A stretch of DNA of 64,000 bases from Podarcis cretensis (Eukaryota): the NCBI GenBank assembly GCA_951804945.1, contig OX638152.1, positions 58,404,001 through 58,468,000 of the forward strand, written 5' to 3'. The position numbers were made by a program, and so were the translations under genes. Positions 63,501-64,000 of this stretch are shown here, piece after piece; position 1 is the stretch's first letter; each line of letters begins with the position of its first letter. The notes beneath the pieces were generated by a model. The model searched no databases, was not told the DNA's origin, and saw nothing but the letters and a program-made list of their open reading frames with translations.

Positions 63501-64000
63501 TGGGTAAAAAACAAACAACTATTGAAAAATAGCTGATACAATTTTTGGAAGACTTTCTGTAAAGAGGTATCATCTGTACAACTAATTAAAATTTTAAGAA
63601 GCAAAAATATAGCAGATTTGATAAGCCAAACACTTCAAGCAGTGGTAGACCTTGTGGTTTCAAATTTCAGTACAGTAGTGCCCTGTGCAACACCAAAAAT
63701 TGGTACTCCCCCCACCTCTTACACACTATTCTAAGTAATAGTTGTGGCACCCTCAATGTTCCACAACCAGTACAACCGAACCAGTCACGCTCCCCTAAAT
63801 CTGCCTCTGCTTCAAGCATTTTGCCTTGGGTAATAACAGAAATTGATCCCACAAAAGCAGACCAGAAGAGGGGCTCTGGATACATTACAAATAAAACATT
63901 ACATGGTTTTATGATACAGAGATCAGAGATGCTGCCAAACATGTATTCTAAATGGAAAGATGGGGAAACTTCACACAACATTAAACAGGCATTAAACAGA

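Noticed and set aside
1-64000. A novel multi-gene biological system or a named host gene
   Set aside because: No intact coding exons or gene clusters were seen, and I do not recognise the putative first exons well enough to assign a gene symbol

Overview
This is eukaryotic, AT-rich, CpG-depleted vertebrate DNA. The SINE and LINE content points to a squamate reptile, probably a lacertid lizard (inferred from remembered repeat consensus sequences, not from a search). I found no intact host protein-coding exon that I can name, and almost all ORFs in the supplied track are chance, microsatellite-derived or transposon-derived. The window looks like the 5' and intronic region of a large + strand gene. 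Two promoter-like first-exon modules each end in a consensus GTAAGT donor: one at about 9.3-10.2 kb and one at about 34.6-35.2 kb, the latter ending ATG-G|GT. The rest is a layered transposon record. It includes three Sauria SINEs with target-site duplications, tRNA-derived SINEs, L1, RTE, L2, CR1 and Penelope-like fragments, four TA-flanked Tc1/mariner MITEs, Harbinger-like MITEs, a solo LTR, several nested insertions, local duplications and microsatellites. I see no prokaryotic-type system (CRISPR, operons) and cannot support a claim of a new biological system. The best leads are the uORF-rich dual promoter/hybrid exon arrangement, a dense NF-kB/STAT/AP-1 motif cluster, and internally deleted LINE copies.
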